64,000 bases of DNA from a virus (Duplodnaviria; Caudoviricetes): the IMG/VR virus record IMGVR_UViG_3300033066_001625, positions 1 to 64,000 of that record; one strand, written 5' to 3'. The notes below the pieces were generated by a model. That model ran no database searches. It worked only from the letters and a program-made list of their open reading frames with translations, and had not been told where the DNA came from. The position numbers and the translations under genes were made by a program. Every line of letters starts with the position of its first letter. Positions within the stretch are counted from its first letter, which is position 1. Positions 56,446-64,000 of the stretch are shown in pieces.

Positions 56446-56846
56446 CTCCACAAAAAGGACAGCATATTAGATGTTTATTGCGCAACAATTTGATAATTGA
56501 TGGAATTGTAGAATCGTGGTCAGATGCCAAATCCGTATTACGATCTTTAGATGATACATCTATTTCTGTTATCCAACACTCGGCGCAGGATATAGTGGTG
56601 ATCAAAATTATACTGAAAGAGCCTGTCAAAGTAAAAATTGATTTATCCACTCAATTTGAAGAGGAATTAGCCAAGCCAAGTAATGATGAATTAAGAGTCA
56701 AAAACATGGCGGAGCTGAAAACACTTTTGAATGAACAAGAAAAGAAAATCATTGCGGAGAAGCTCAAGGATCATCATGTTAATGGTGATGTAAAGAAAGT
56801 GACCTATGGACAACCTGGATTTTTCAAGAAGCCGCGCCCTCAATAA
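56442..56846 (+). CDS. Hypothetical protein, possible Sm/Hfq-like N-terminal fold plus coiled coil
   Basis: IRCLLRNNLIIDGIVESWSD..SVL pattern resembles the Sm1 motif. Confidence 0.5.
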   Translation: MTPQKGQHIRCLLRNNLIIDGIVESWSDAKSVLRSLDDTSISVIQHSAQDIVVIKIILKEPVKVKIDLSTQFEEELAKPSNDELRVKNMAELKTLLNEQEKKIIAEKLKDHHVNGDVKKVTYGQPGFFKKPRPQ

Positions 56847-57510
56847 CGTTCCACAAAAAAAGCTACAAGAAAAGCTGAATGAGATTAATAATTCTGAATT
56901 GGATTTATCTTCCAAGAATATTAAACTGATTGCTATCAATAGATATGCCGAAAGCAATATTCCCATTGAATATTGGGGATTGAAAATGGAGAGAGATTTT
57001 CATGGAGATCCCAGATTACTAACCAAGTACAATGAATATATTAGTGACTTGAAAAGTTCATACATCAATGGCAATTCCATTTGTTTTGCCGGAGGTCACG
57101 GTTTAGGTAAGACTATGACCGTATGTTGTATTCTCAAAAAAGCATGTGGCAAGAACTATAGTTGTTTGTATACTACGCTTAGTGACATTGTAAATGTATT
57201 AACTCAATCTTCTGGAGAAGACAAGTATCTTTCCAGAAGAGAGTTGGCTTTAGTAGATTTCTTAGTGATTGACGAGTTTGATTCTAGATTCATGCCTTCC
57301 GAAAACGCAGCAGATTTATATGCCAGAAGTTTGGAGGGAGTTTTTAGAACGCGCAGTCAAAACAAACTACCTACCTTGATGTGTACAAATAGTCCTAATA
57401 TTGTGGAGTCATTCAATGGACCTTTGAAGCAAAGCATAGATAGTTTGATGAAGGGTTATACAAAAACATTTCCGGTCTTGGGCGAAGATTTTAGAAAGAA
57501 GAGAGCATGA
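56806..57510 (+). CDS. DnaC/IstB-like AAA+ helicase loader
   Basis: RYAESNIP..Y, Walker A GGHGLGKT, Walker B LVIDEF, TLMCTN; upstream of DnaB. Confidence 0.88.
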   Translation: MDNLDFSRSRALNNVPQKKLQEKLNEINNSELDLSSKNIKLIAINRYAESNIPIEYWGLKMERDFHGDPRLLTKYNEYISDLKSSYINGNSICFAGGHGLGKTMTVCCILKKACGKNYSCLYTTLSDIVNVLTQSSGEDKYLSRRELALVDFLVIDEFDSRFMPSENAADLYARSLEGVFRTRSQNKLPTLMCTNSPNIVESFNGPLKQSIDSLMKGYTKTFPVLGEDFRKKRA

Positions 57511-58916
57511 ATTACAATTTAGATTTGGTTATCTTAAAAACCCTTATCACCAACAAAAAACATGCCTTGGATTTTGCTAATGAGTGCGATCCCAAGTTGT
57601 TTTCTCCTGATGTATGGAACTTTGCTAATCTTGTTGTAGGATATGTTAAAACCTACAAAGAATTACCTACGCTAAGAGTAATTGTAGAGAAGTTAGAAAA
57701 AGGATCCAATGACAGACTAATTGAAAGCGTCAAAAAAGTCTGGTCATCTCTAGATGGCGTGGAGTACAACGACAAAGAATATAAACACGATCTGGAGAAA
57801 ATCAAAAAACGTTTTGCTGAGAAACAGATCATAGCTGTTAAAGAGAAGTTGGCGTCTATTGAGCCCGGTTCAATGGACATTAACCGCGCAGTTGGTGAAC
57901 TTCAAAAAACAGTACAATCTATCAAAAGCCTTAATCAAACTAGAGCTTATGAAAGAAAAACTCTAAAGGAAGCTGTACCTATCTTTAGAGAAGAATATAA
58001 TGCCAAGATGGATGATCCTCATTTTGATCGTGGTATCAAAACAGGATATTCCTATTTTGACCATGTAACCGATGGTTTGAGACCTGGTGAGTTGGTACTG
58101 ATTGGTGGTGAATCTGGTGGTGGTAAGTCCATGTTACTGATGAACATGGCAGTTCAGCTTTGGATGCAAGAGAATACTATCTATACAGATGAAGCCAATT
58201 TTACTGGCGGAAACAGTGTATTGTATTTTTCGCTAGAAATGCCTTTTAAGCCCTGTTTGAATCGTGTTCTAGCCAGGATGTCATCTGCCCCTTCAAAATT
58301 GATTAGAAACGCCAAATTGAACCCGGAAGAGGCTAGTAAGCTAAAGAGATCTCTCAAGTTTATTACCAAGTATCCTCATCAATTTGAAATAGTAGATATT
58401 CCTAGAGGGGCTACTATGGAAAATTTGGAATTAATATATGAGGAAGCGAAGGTTCATTACGACCCCAAGATTGTGGTTATCGACTATCTAGGTTTAATGG
58501 ATTATGAGAGTGCCGATTTGGATGACTGGTTGAAATTAGGAAAAATTGCCGAAAAGATTCACGAGTTTGCCAGAGTTCATAACCTTATTGTATTAAGCGC
58601 TGTTCAGTTAAACAGAGCAAAAGGTGGTAAAGAAATGGAAGATAAGATTGGTTTACACAGAATTGGTCGTTCTGCTTTGATTATGCAGAATGCTAACATT
58701 GCTATTCAAATTGAAACCCGCCCAAATGAGAAACAATATCCAGATATGTATTATCATTTGATCAAGAATAGAGATGGTGAATTAGGTAAGGGCAAACTTA
58801 TCAAGAATTTAGCTTGCGGTACTTTGCTAGATGATAAGATTGACGATGATGATACAGAATTCTACGACAGAGACCCAGATGATATTTCTGAGAAATTAGA
58901 TTTGTTAGATTTATGA
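57507..58916 (+). CDS. dnaB: Replicative DNA helicase, DnaB family
   Basis: TGY..FD...GLRPGELVLIGGESGGGKS, FSLEM, VVIDYL, AVQLNR, IKNRDG. Confidence 0.93.
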   Translation: MNYNLDLVILKTLITNKKHALDFANECDPKLFSPDVWNFANLVVGYVKTYKELPTLRVIVEKLEKGSNDRLIESVKKVWSSLDGVEYNDKEYKHDLEKIKKRFAEKQIIAVKEKLASIEPGSMDINRAVGELQKTVQSIKSLNQTRAYERKTLKEAVPIFREEYNAKMDDPHFDRGIKTGYSYFDHVTDGLRPGELVLIGGESGGGKSMLLMNMAVQLWMQENTIYTDEANFTGGNSVLYFSLEMPFKPCLNRVLARMSSAPSKLIRNAKLNPEEASKLKRSLKFITKYPHQFEIVDIPRGATMENLELIYEEAKVHYDPKIVVIDYLGLMDYESADLDDWLKLGKIAEKIHEFARVHNLIVLSAVQLNRAKGGKEMEDKIGLHRIGRSALIMQNANIAIQIETRPNEKQYPDMYYHLIKNRDGELGKGKLIKNLACGTLLDDKIDDDDTEFYDRDPDDISEKLDLLDL

Positions 58917-58930
58917 TGTAAGGCAAATGT

Positions 58931-59275
58931 ATGAACGAAATAGTATGTGTATCATTTTTTGATATGATTGAGAAATACGTTAATCATCTACGAATAGAAT
59001 CTGTTGATCATAAATTCTTATCAAATGATCAGTATAAAAGATTATTGATTGGTTTTAGTTGCTGTGATGAACTTTATCTATTTAGATTAACCGATCTTAG
59101 GCGAAGAAAAATGTTTCCAGAGAATACTGAAGTCAGTGAACATTGTAGGGCATTTCTAGAAAGCCAAGCAACCTCTTCTGAAAAAAGAGTAGAGTTAGCT
59201 AACACAGTTGATCTGTGTGTTAAAACCTCCGTAAAAGATCTAGAAAGATATTTTGAATTGAAAGCATTTTGGTGA
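58931..59275 (+). CDS. Small hypothetical protein, 'KAF-tail' family (...ERYFELKAFW*)
   Basis: 114-aa ORF with AAGG RBS. Confidence 0.7.
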   Translation: MNEIVCVSFFDMIEKYVNHLRIESVDHKFLSNDQYKRLLIGFSCCDELYLFRLTDLRRRKMFPENTEVSEHCRAFLESQATSSEKRVELANTVDLCVKTSVKDLERYFELKAFW

Positions 59276-59282
59276 GGGAAAA

Positions 59283-59465
59283 ATGAAACCTGATCAGGAA
59301 ATAATAGCAGAAGCAGTTCGCATAGAATACGAAGAAAAAACTGGTCAGTTATTTATTGTATTTGAGGTGACAAACGAAAAGCTAAAACAAGATATAAAGA
59401 AGAACTGGACCAAAGATATTGAATATAAGATTGTAGATAAACATTTGGTAAAAAACGATGAGTGA
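59283..59465 (+). CDS. Hypothetical protein
   Basis: 60-aa ORF with GAGGG RBS. Confidence 0.65.
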   Translation: MKPDQEIIAEAVRIEYEEKTGQLFIVFEVTNEKLKQDIKKNWTKDIEYKIVDKHLVKNDE

Positions 59466-59781
59466 AACATACAAATGCAATTTATATACAGATCTTTGTG
59501 AGTTATTTTTTGATATGAAAATGACAGCACAGGGCATTATATTACCTTGTGATGATTCTTTGAATTTATCATTTGATTGGGTAAGTGATGAAAATCATAA
59601 TTTTTACAGCATCAAGATTAAAGATGCAAATAAGTGTTTGAATATAGACTCAATGTTTTCTTCTTTAGAAAAAGAAGAGTTAAGAAGATATTTTGCTAAA
59701 CCTAGAATATATGAAAATACTTGCAAAATATTACAATTGCCTATCTTTAATAGAATGGCTAATTTAAAGTGTTTTATTTAA
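59458..59781 (+). CDS. Small hypothetical protein, 'KAF-tail' family (...NRMANLKCFI*)
   Basis: 107-aa ORF, very AT-rich. Confidence 0.7.
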   Translation: MSETYKCNLYTDLCELFFDMKMTAQGIILPCDDSLNLSFDWVSDENHNFYSIKIKDANKCLNIDSMFSSLEKEELRRYFAKPRIYENTCKILQLPIFNRMANLKCFI

Positions 59782-59793
59782 GGAGTGTTAGTT

Positions 59794-60102
59794 ATGCCAA
59801 CATATGAACATAAATGTCAATCATTAGAGTGCGGATATGAATGGGAAGATGAATATTCTATTAAACAAGATCCTCCTAAGGTCTGCCCTAAATGCCAAAA
59901 AGAAACTGCTAAGAGATTAGTTAGTGGTGGCAGCGGTAGAGGCACAGTAGAACTTGGCGCCAATGAACTTATAGCTAAGTTAAAAGATGACGCTAAAACT
60001 CTACAAAAAGATGCCGCTAAAAATGAAAAGGTATATGCTAACCTTTTGGGAGAAGATAGGTATCAATCCATGCAAACAAGAATGGATAATAGAAAGCGCT
60101 GA
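59794..60102 (+). CDS. FmdB-family zinc-ribbon protein
   Basis: MPTYEHKC...CG..WE......CPKC; AAGGAG RBS before ATG 59794. Confidence 0.85.
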   Translation: MPTYEHKCQSLECGYEWEDEYSIKQDPPKVCPKCQKETAKRLVSGGSGRGTVELGANELIAKLKDDAKTLQKDAAKNEKVYANLLGEDRYQSMQTRMDNRKR

Positions 60103-60145
60103 TGATATTAAAAATCTTTGAGGAATAAAAAAAGATTGCGGCGAA

Positions 60146-60173
60146 TTGACATCCTAAAAAAACAATTTACATT
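60146..60173 (+). promoter_or_regulatory. Sigma70-like promoter candidate
   Basis: TTGACA (60146-60151), 16 nt spacer, TACATT (60168-60173), in the 100-bp gap before the second FmdB gene. Confidence 0.4.
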
Positions 60174-60201
60174 ATGCTGTGAAACCGGGAGACTGTAGAA
60201 A

Positions 60202-60393
60202 ATGCCCACATATTTGTACAAATGTGAAAAGCATGGAGAATTCGAGATTGAACACTCCATTAAAGATAAACTAGAAACTTGTCCTAAGTGTGAAGAGGAA
60301 GGATCTGATCCACATACTGTAGTTAGACTTATTTGTAATAGTGGTGGGTTTATCCTAAACGGATCAGGTTGGGCACGAGACAATTATAGTTGA
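60202..60393 (+). CDS. FmdB-family zinc-ribbon protein (second copy)
   Basis: MPTYLYKCEKHGEFE...CPKC...GFILNGSGW; GGGAG RBS. Confidence 0.85.
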   Translation: MPTYLYKCEKHGEFEIEHSIKDKLETCPKCEEEGSDPHTVVRLICNSGGFILNGSGWARDNYS

Positions 60394-60395
60394 AC

Positions 60396-60542
60396 ATGGC
60401 TTCTAGTAAAATAAGTCAAAAGACTAAAATTAAACAGATTATTGATCTGCTTAGATTCGTTCTAACATTAGATGATGAAGAGCTAATCAAATCAACTATT
60501 GAATCCGTTATTGAAAGTTTAGAGGACATAAGTAACAAGTAA
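60396..60542 (+). CDS. Small hypothetical helical protein (48 aa, not in the ORF track)
   Basis: ATG 60396 to TAA 60542: MASSKISQKTKIKQIIDLLRFVLTLDDEELIKSTIESVIESLEDISNK; begins 3 nt after the previous stop. Confidence 0.55.
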   Translation: MASSKISQKTKIKQIIDLLRFVLTLDDEELIKSTIESVIESLEDISNK

Positions 60543-60604
60543 TAACGTGTATCAATAATTGAGTATAACAGATACTTCCATTGGCTTAAAGAGCGAGAAT
60601 ATAA

Positions 60605-61228
60605 ATGTTAACAGAACAAGAAGCACAAGACTTAATGATCAAATTGATAGATTTGAGATCTAAATCTAAGACTGATCCTCAAATTGAGGCAGAGCTTAAA
60701 AAACATGAGAAGATTTGTATTCAGAATTTCAAGTATTTAGTTACTATGAAAACTGGTCGCTATAAAGCATTCAGCAATTATGATGATTTGAATCAAGAAG
60801 GTTTTGAGGCTTTGATTAAAGCCATGAATAATTACAACCCAAAAAAGGGTTCTTTCTTCTGGTGGGCGCACAAATATATTGACACTCGTATTTCTAGAAG
60901 TGCCAATTTGCATACTACCATTAGATATCCTTTGAAGGTTGCTAAGCAAAATACTCCACACAAAGAGGCTATCATGCCTACTTTGGTGGAAGAAAGATAT
61001 TGTCCAGATAAAGAACTGGAAGAGTCTCAATTGAATAATGCTATTCAAGGTGCTTTTTCTGTGTTAACAGATGAGCAAAGAGAGATTATCAATTTGGCAT
61101 ATGGTTTTGATGGAGATAAACCAATGTCTATTAATAAGATATGCAAAAAGTTAAGCATATCTAGGCTGAGTTGCATTAAAACAATCAACAGCGCGCTCGC
61201 CATCATGAAAAACAATATTGCAGTATAA
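60605..61228 (+). CDS. Phage RNA polymerase sigma factor (sigma70 family, regions 2 and 4)
   Basis: DDLNQEGFEALIKAMNNYNPKKGSFFWWA (region 2); LTDEQREIINLAYG...SINKICKKLSISR (region 4 HTH). Confidence 0.9.
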   Translation: MLTEQEAQDLMIKLIDLRSKSKTDPQIEAELKKHEKICIQNFKYLVTMKTGRYKAFSNYDDLNQEGFEALIKAMNNYNPKKGSFFWWAHKYIDTRISRSANLHTTIRYPLKVAKQNTPHKEAIMPTLVEERYCPDKELEESQLNNAIQGAFSVLTDEQREIINLAYGFDGDKPMSINKICKKLSISRLSCIKTINSALAIMKNNIAV

Positions 61229-61278
61229 GCAATTACACAACATGAATTTCAAGGAACTTAATTCTCACAAGGTGAATT

Positions 61279-63801
61279 ATGCAGGGATACACTTACGCTC
61301 AGGTTTTAGAAAAGTCCACAGAATACTTTAATGGAGATGATTTTGCTGCCAAAGTATTCGTCGACAAATATGCGTTGCAGACTACAGAAGGTGAATATTT
61401 AGAACTAACCCCTGTTGACATGCATCATCGTTTGGCAAAAGAGTTTGCTAGGATTGAGAAGAAGTATCCTAATCCTTTATCAGAAGAACGTATTTTTAGC
61501 CTAATCGATCGTTTTCAATACATAGTTCCACAGGGCAGCCCTATGTCTGCTATTGGAAATCCCTATCAACTACAAAGTTTATCCAATTGCTTTGTGGTTC
61601 AGGGGGTTTACTCTAACAAACTAGACTCCTATGGCGGAATTATGTTAGCTGATCAAGAGCTAGCTCAAATCATGAAACGTCGTGGCGGGGTTGGTCTTGA
61701 TATTTCTGGTATTAGACCCAAGGACACACTAACTGCTAATGCCGCTAAAACTACTGATGGTATTGGTGTATTCATGGAAAGGTTTAGTAATACCTGCCGT
61801 GAAGTAGCTCAAAATGGTAGACGTGGCGCCGAAATGATCACCATTTCTGTAAACCATCCAGAAATTGAAACGTTTATCAATATCAAAAGAAACTTGAAGA
61901 AGGTCACTGGAGCCAATATTTCTATTCGTTTCAACGATCAATTCATGAAAGCCGCTAAGAAGAATGAAAAGTACACCCTTCGTTGGCCAGTTGATGCAAC
62001 ACCCGAAAACGCCAAAATCACTAAGATAGTCGATGCTAAAAACATTTGGGACCAAGTGATCGATGCCGCCTGGACTTCTGCCGAACCAGGCGTTTTGTTT
62101 TGGGATAATGTTAAATCTACTACGCCAGCCGATATTTATGAAGAAGAAGGATACGGCTCTATCTCCACCAATCCTTGTGGAGAAATCGTATTGTCAGCTT
62201 ATGATGCTTGTCGTTTGTTAGTATTGAATTTATCCAGTTATGTAACAAATCCATTTACAGCTGATGCTAAATTCGATTTTGATTTGTTTCATGAACATAC
62301 AATTATTGCGCAGAGATTGATGGATGATATTATTGATCTAGAAATTGAATGCATTGATCGTATTATTGAAAAGGTCAAATCAGATCCTGAGCCCGAAGAG
62401 GCAAAACAAACTGAATTGAATCTTTGGAGAAAGATTCGTGCTGCCAATATTGGTGGTCGTAGAACAGGTTTGGGTATTACTGCCCTAGGCGATTGCATTG
62501 CTATGTTGGGTGTTAGATATGGTTCTGCAGAATCTATTGAATTAACCCGCAAGATTTATCGTGCTTTGGCAGTTGGCGCTCATACTTCATCATGTGTAAT
62601 GGCAAAAGAAAGAGGAGCATTTCCAACTTTCAGTTATTCTAAAGAGAAGGATCATGCTTACCTAAAGAGCATTATGACTGATGCTGGTAAATCAGTTGGT
62701 ACAATGTGGAAAAAGTATGGTCGTCGCAATATTGCCTTGACTACCACAGCCCCAACTGGTTCTGTCTCTACATTAACTCAAACAACATCTGGTATTGAGC
62801 CGGCTTATCTTTTGTCTTATGTAAGACGTAAGAAGATAAATCCATCGGATAAAAACGCTAGAGTGGATTTTGTGGATACCCTGGGTGATAGGTGGCAAGA
62901 ATTCACCATTTACCATCATGGTGTAAAGAAATGGATGGATGTTACTGGCGAATCAGATATTGCCAAATCGCCATATTGGAAAGCTACTTCTAATGATGTA
63001 GATTGGGTTGCATCTGTAGATCTACAAGCAGCCGCACAACAATCTGTTGATCATAGCATTAGCAAGACTTGTAACTTGCCAAATGATGCAACAAGAGATA
63101 TTGTTTCTCAAGTTTATATGAGGGCTTGGGAGTCTGGTTGCAAAGGATTTACAGTTTACCGTGATGGTTGTCGTACTGGCGTATTACTTAGCGAAGAATC
63201 TGCCAAGAAGGTTAAAACTCCTGGCGAGAGACCTGCTGACGTAGACTATGTTATGGCTCCCAAGAGACCTATAGAATTGCCTTGTGACATTAAGAAAGCC
63301 AAAGTTAATGGAGAGGCTTGGACTATATTTGTGGGATTGTTAAATGGTAAACCTTATGAAATCTTTGGTGGTCTTTCCAAGTTTTTGGATATTCCTAATA
63401 AATACAAGACTGGAAAAATCCTTAAGAATGGGAAAAACTCTGATGGATTAACTACTTACAATTTAGTGATTGGAGAAAATTCACCAGACGATAAGATGGT
63501 CATTAAAGATATTGCCAATATCTTTGAGAATAAGACTCATGAAGCTTTCACTAGAATGATTTCTTTGAATCTTAGACATGGCACTCCAATACAATATGTA
63601 GTGGAGCAATTAACCAAAGATAAATATGCAGAAATGACATCATTTTCTAAAGTTGTAGCCAGAGTATTGAAGTCCTACATCAAGGATGGAAGTAAAGCTG
63701 CTTCTGAGAAAGTTTGTGTTTCCTGCAATGCAGAGGGAACTTTGGTGTATCAAGAAGGCTGTATAACTTGTACTTCTTGTAAGTATAGTAAGTGTGGATA
63801 A
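61279..63801 (+). CDS. nrdJ: Class II (adenosylcobalamin-dependent) ribonucleotide reductase
   Basis: PQGSP, SLSNC, TNPCGE, RRTGLG, APTGS, DHSISKTCN, GCKGFTVYRDG; C-terminal TSCPD-like domain and C..C/C..C ribbon; no beta subunit adjacent. Confidence 0.92.
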   Translation: MQGYTYAQVLEKSTEYFNGDDFAAKVFVDKYALQTTEGEYLELTPVDMHHRLAKEFARIEKKYPNPLSEERIFSLIDRFQYIVPQGSPMSAIGNPYQLQSLSNCFVVQGVYSNKLDSYGGIMLADQELAQIMKRRGGVGLDISGIRPKDTLTANAAKTTDGIGVFMERFSNTCREVAQNGRRGAEMITISVNHPEIETFINIKRNLKKVTGANISIRFNDQFMKAAKKNEKYTLRWPVDATPENAKITKIVDAKNIWDQVIDAAWTSAEPGVLFWDNVKSTTPADIYEEEGYGSISTNPCGEIVLSAYDACRLLVLNLSSYVTNPFTADAKFDFDLFHEHTIIAQRLMDDIIDLEIECIDRIIEKVKSDPEPEEAKQTELNLWRKIRAANIGGRRTGLGITALGDCIAMLGVRYGSAESIELTRKIYRALAVGAHTSSCVMAKERGAFPTFSYSKEKDHAYLKSIMTDAGKSVGTMWKKYGRRNIALTTTAPTGSVSTLTQTTSGIEPAYLLSYVRRKKINPSDKNARVDFVDTLGDRWQEFTIYHHGVKKWMDVTGESDIAKSPYWKATSNDVDWVASVDLQAAAQQSVDHSISKTCNLPNDATRDIVSQVYMRAWESGCKGFTVYRDGCRTGVLLSEESAKKVKTPGERPADVDYVMAPKRPIELPCDIKKAKVNGEAWTIFVGLLNGKPYEIFGGLSKFLDIPNKYKTGKILKNGKNSDGLTTYNLVIGENSPDDKMVIKDIANIFENKTHEAFTRMISLNLRHGTPIQYVVEQLTKDKYAEMTSFSKVVARVLKSYIKDGSKAASEKVCVSCNAEGTLVYQEGCITCTSCKYSKCG

Positions 63802-63846
63802 AAGTTTTGCGGTTGGGTTACTAATTAAAAGATATTGTTTAAGTAA

Positions 63847-64000
63847 ATGCAAGCTATCATCCAACTCAGATACAATGAAAATCTCCAGCAGATTGAGAAA
63901 GAAGAGAAAAACAGATTTCTCCGATATCTGCTGGAGGAAATGGGTCTTCCAATTCAAGAATTTTGGAAAGAAGATGAATTAACATTATCTATTGAGCAAA
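63847..64000 (+). CDS. Hypothetical protein (5' part, runs off the window)
   Basis: ATG 63847: MQAIIQLRYNENLQQIEKEEKNRFLRYLLEEMGLPIQEFWKEDELTLSIEQ..., open to the window end. Confidence 0.7.
   Translation, partial: MQAIIQLRYNENLQQIEKEEKNRFLRYLLEEMGLPIQEFWKEDELTLSIEQ

Noticed and set aside
57507-63801. Inteins or introns in DnaB and NrdJ
   Set aside because: Both have normal length and continuous motifs, with no intein or homing-endonuclease signatures.
511-63957. All minus-strand ORFs in the track (60-145 aa)
   Set aside because: They overlap long, motif-bearing + strand genes antisense, lack RBSs and recognisable motifs, and are typical shadow ORFs.
63794-63982. Track ORF MDKSFAVG...
   Set aside because: A different frame starting at ATG 63847 gives a more protein-like sequence that stays open to the window end.
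1-64000. Stop-codon reassignment (alternative genetic code)
   Set aside because: Genes are full length and tightly packed in standard code, with no fragmentation at TAG or TGA.
1-64000. CRISPR arrays, tRNAs, rRNAs, integrase, DGR reverse transcriptase
   Set aside because: No regularly spaced repeats, cloverleaf-like segments or relevant protein motifs were seen by eye, and intergenic gaps are short.

Overview
A 64 kb segment of a large contractile-tailed (myovirus-type, probably jumbo) bacteriophage genome. It is AT-rich, and every credible gene is on the + strand in standard genetic code. Positions ~1-47.2 kb are a virion morphogenesis module: neck/head-completion genes, an Ig-like protein, a holin-like protein, a beta-helix fibre/spike, tail completion, sheath, tube, an assembly chaperone with a -1 frameshift, tape measure, tube initiator, hub, spike, and gp25-, gpJ/gp6- and gp7-like wedge proteins followed by a fibre-like protein. 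Positions ~47.2-64 kb hold accessory and replication genes: GT4 glycosyltransferase, zincless-finger Fpg/Nei, a possible one-piece spanin, DUF1653, a divergent RmlB, a TubZ/PhuZ-like tubulin, SF2 helicase, DnaC-like loader, DnaB helicase, two FmdB zinc ribbons, a sigma factor and class II RNR. The most unusual signals are: (1) five dispersed small proteins with dissimilar bodies that share a C-terminal '[LI]K[AVC]F-hydrophobic-stop' tag; (2) a ~80-aa module reused in the sheath, a baseplate wedge and the fibre protein, where it splits a dockerin; (3) a hydrophobic 725-aa protein where PAAR is usually found. All family assignments come from motif recognition by eye; no database searches were run. 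No tRNA, rRNA, CRISPR array or integrase was seen.
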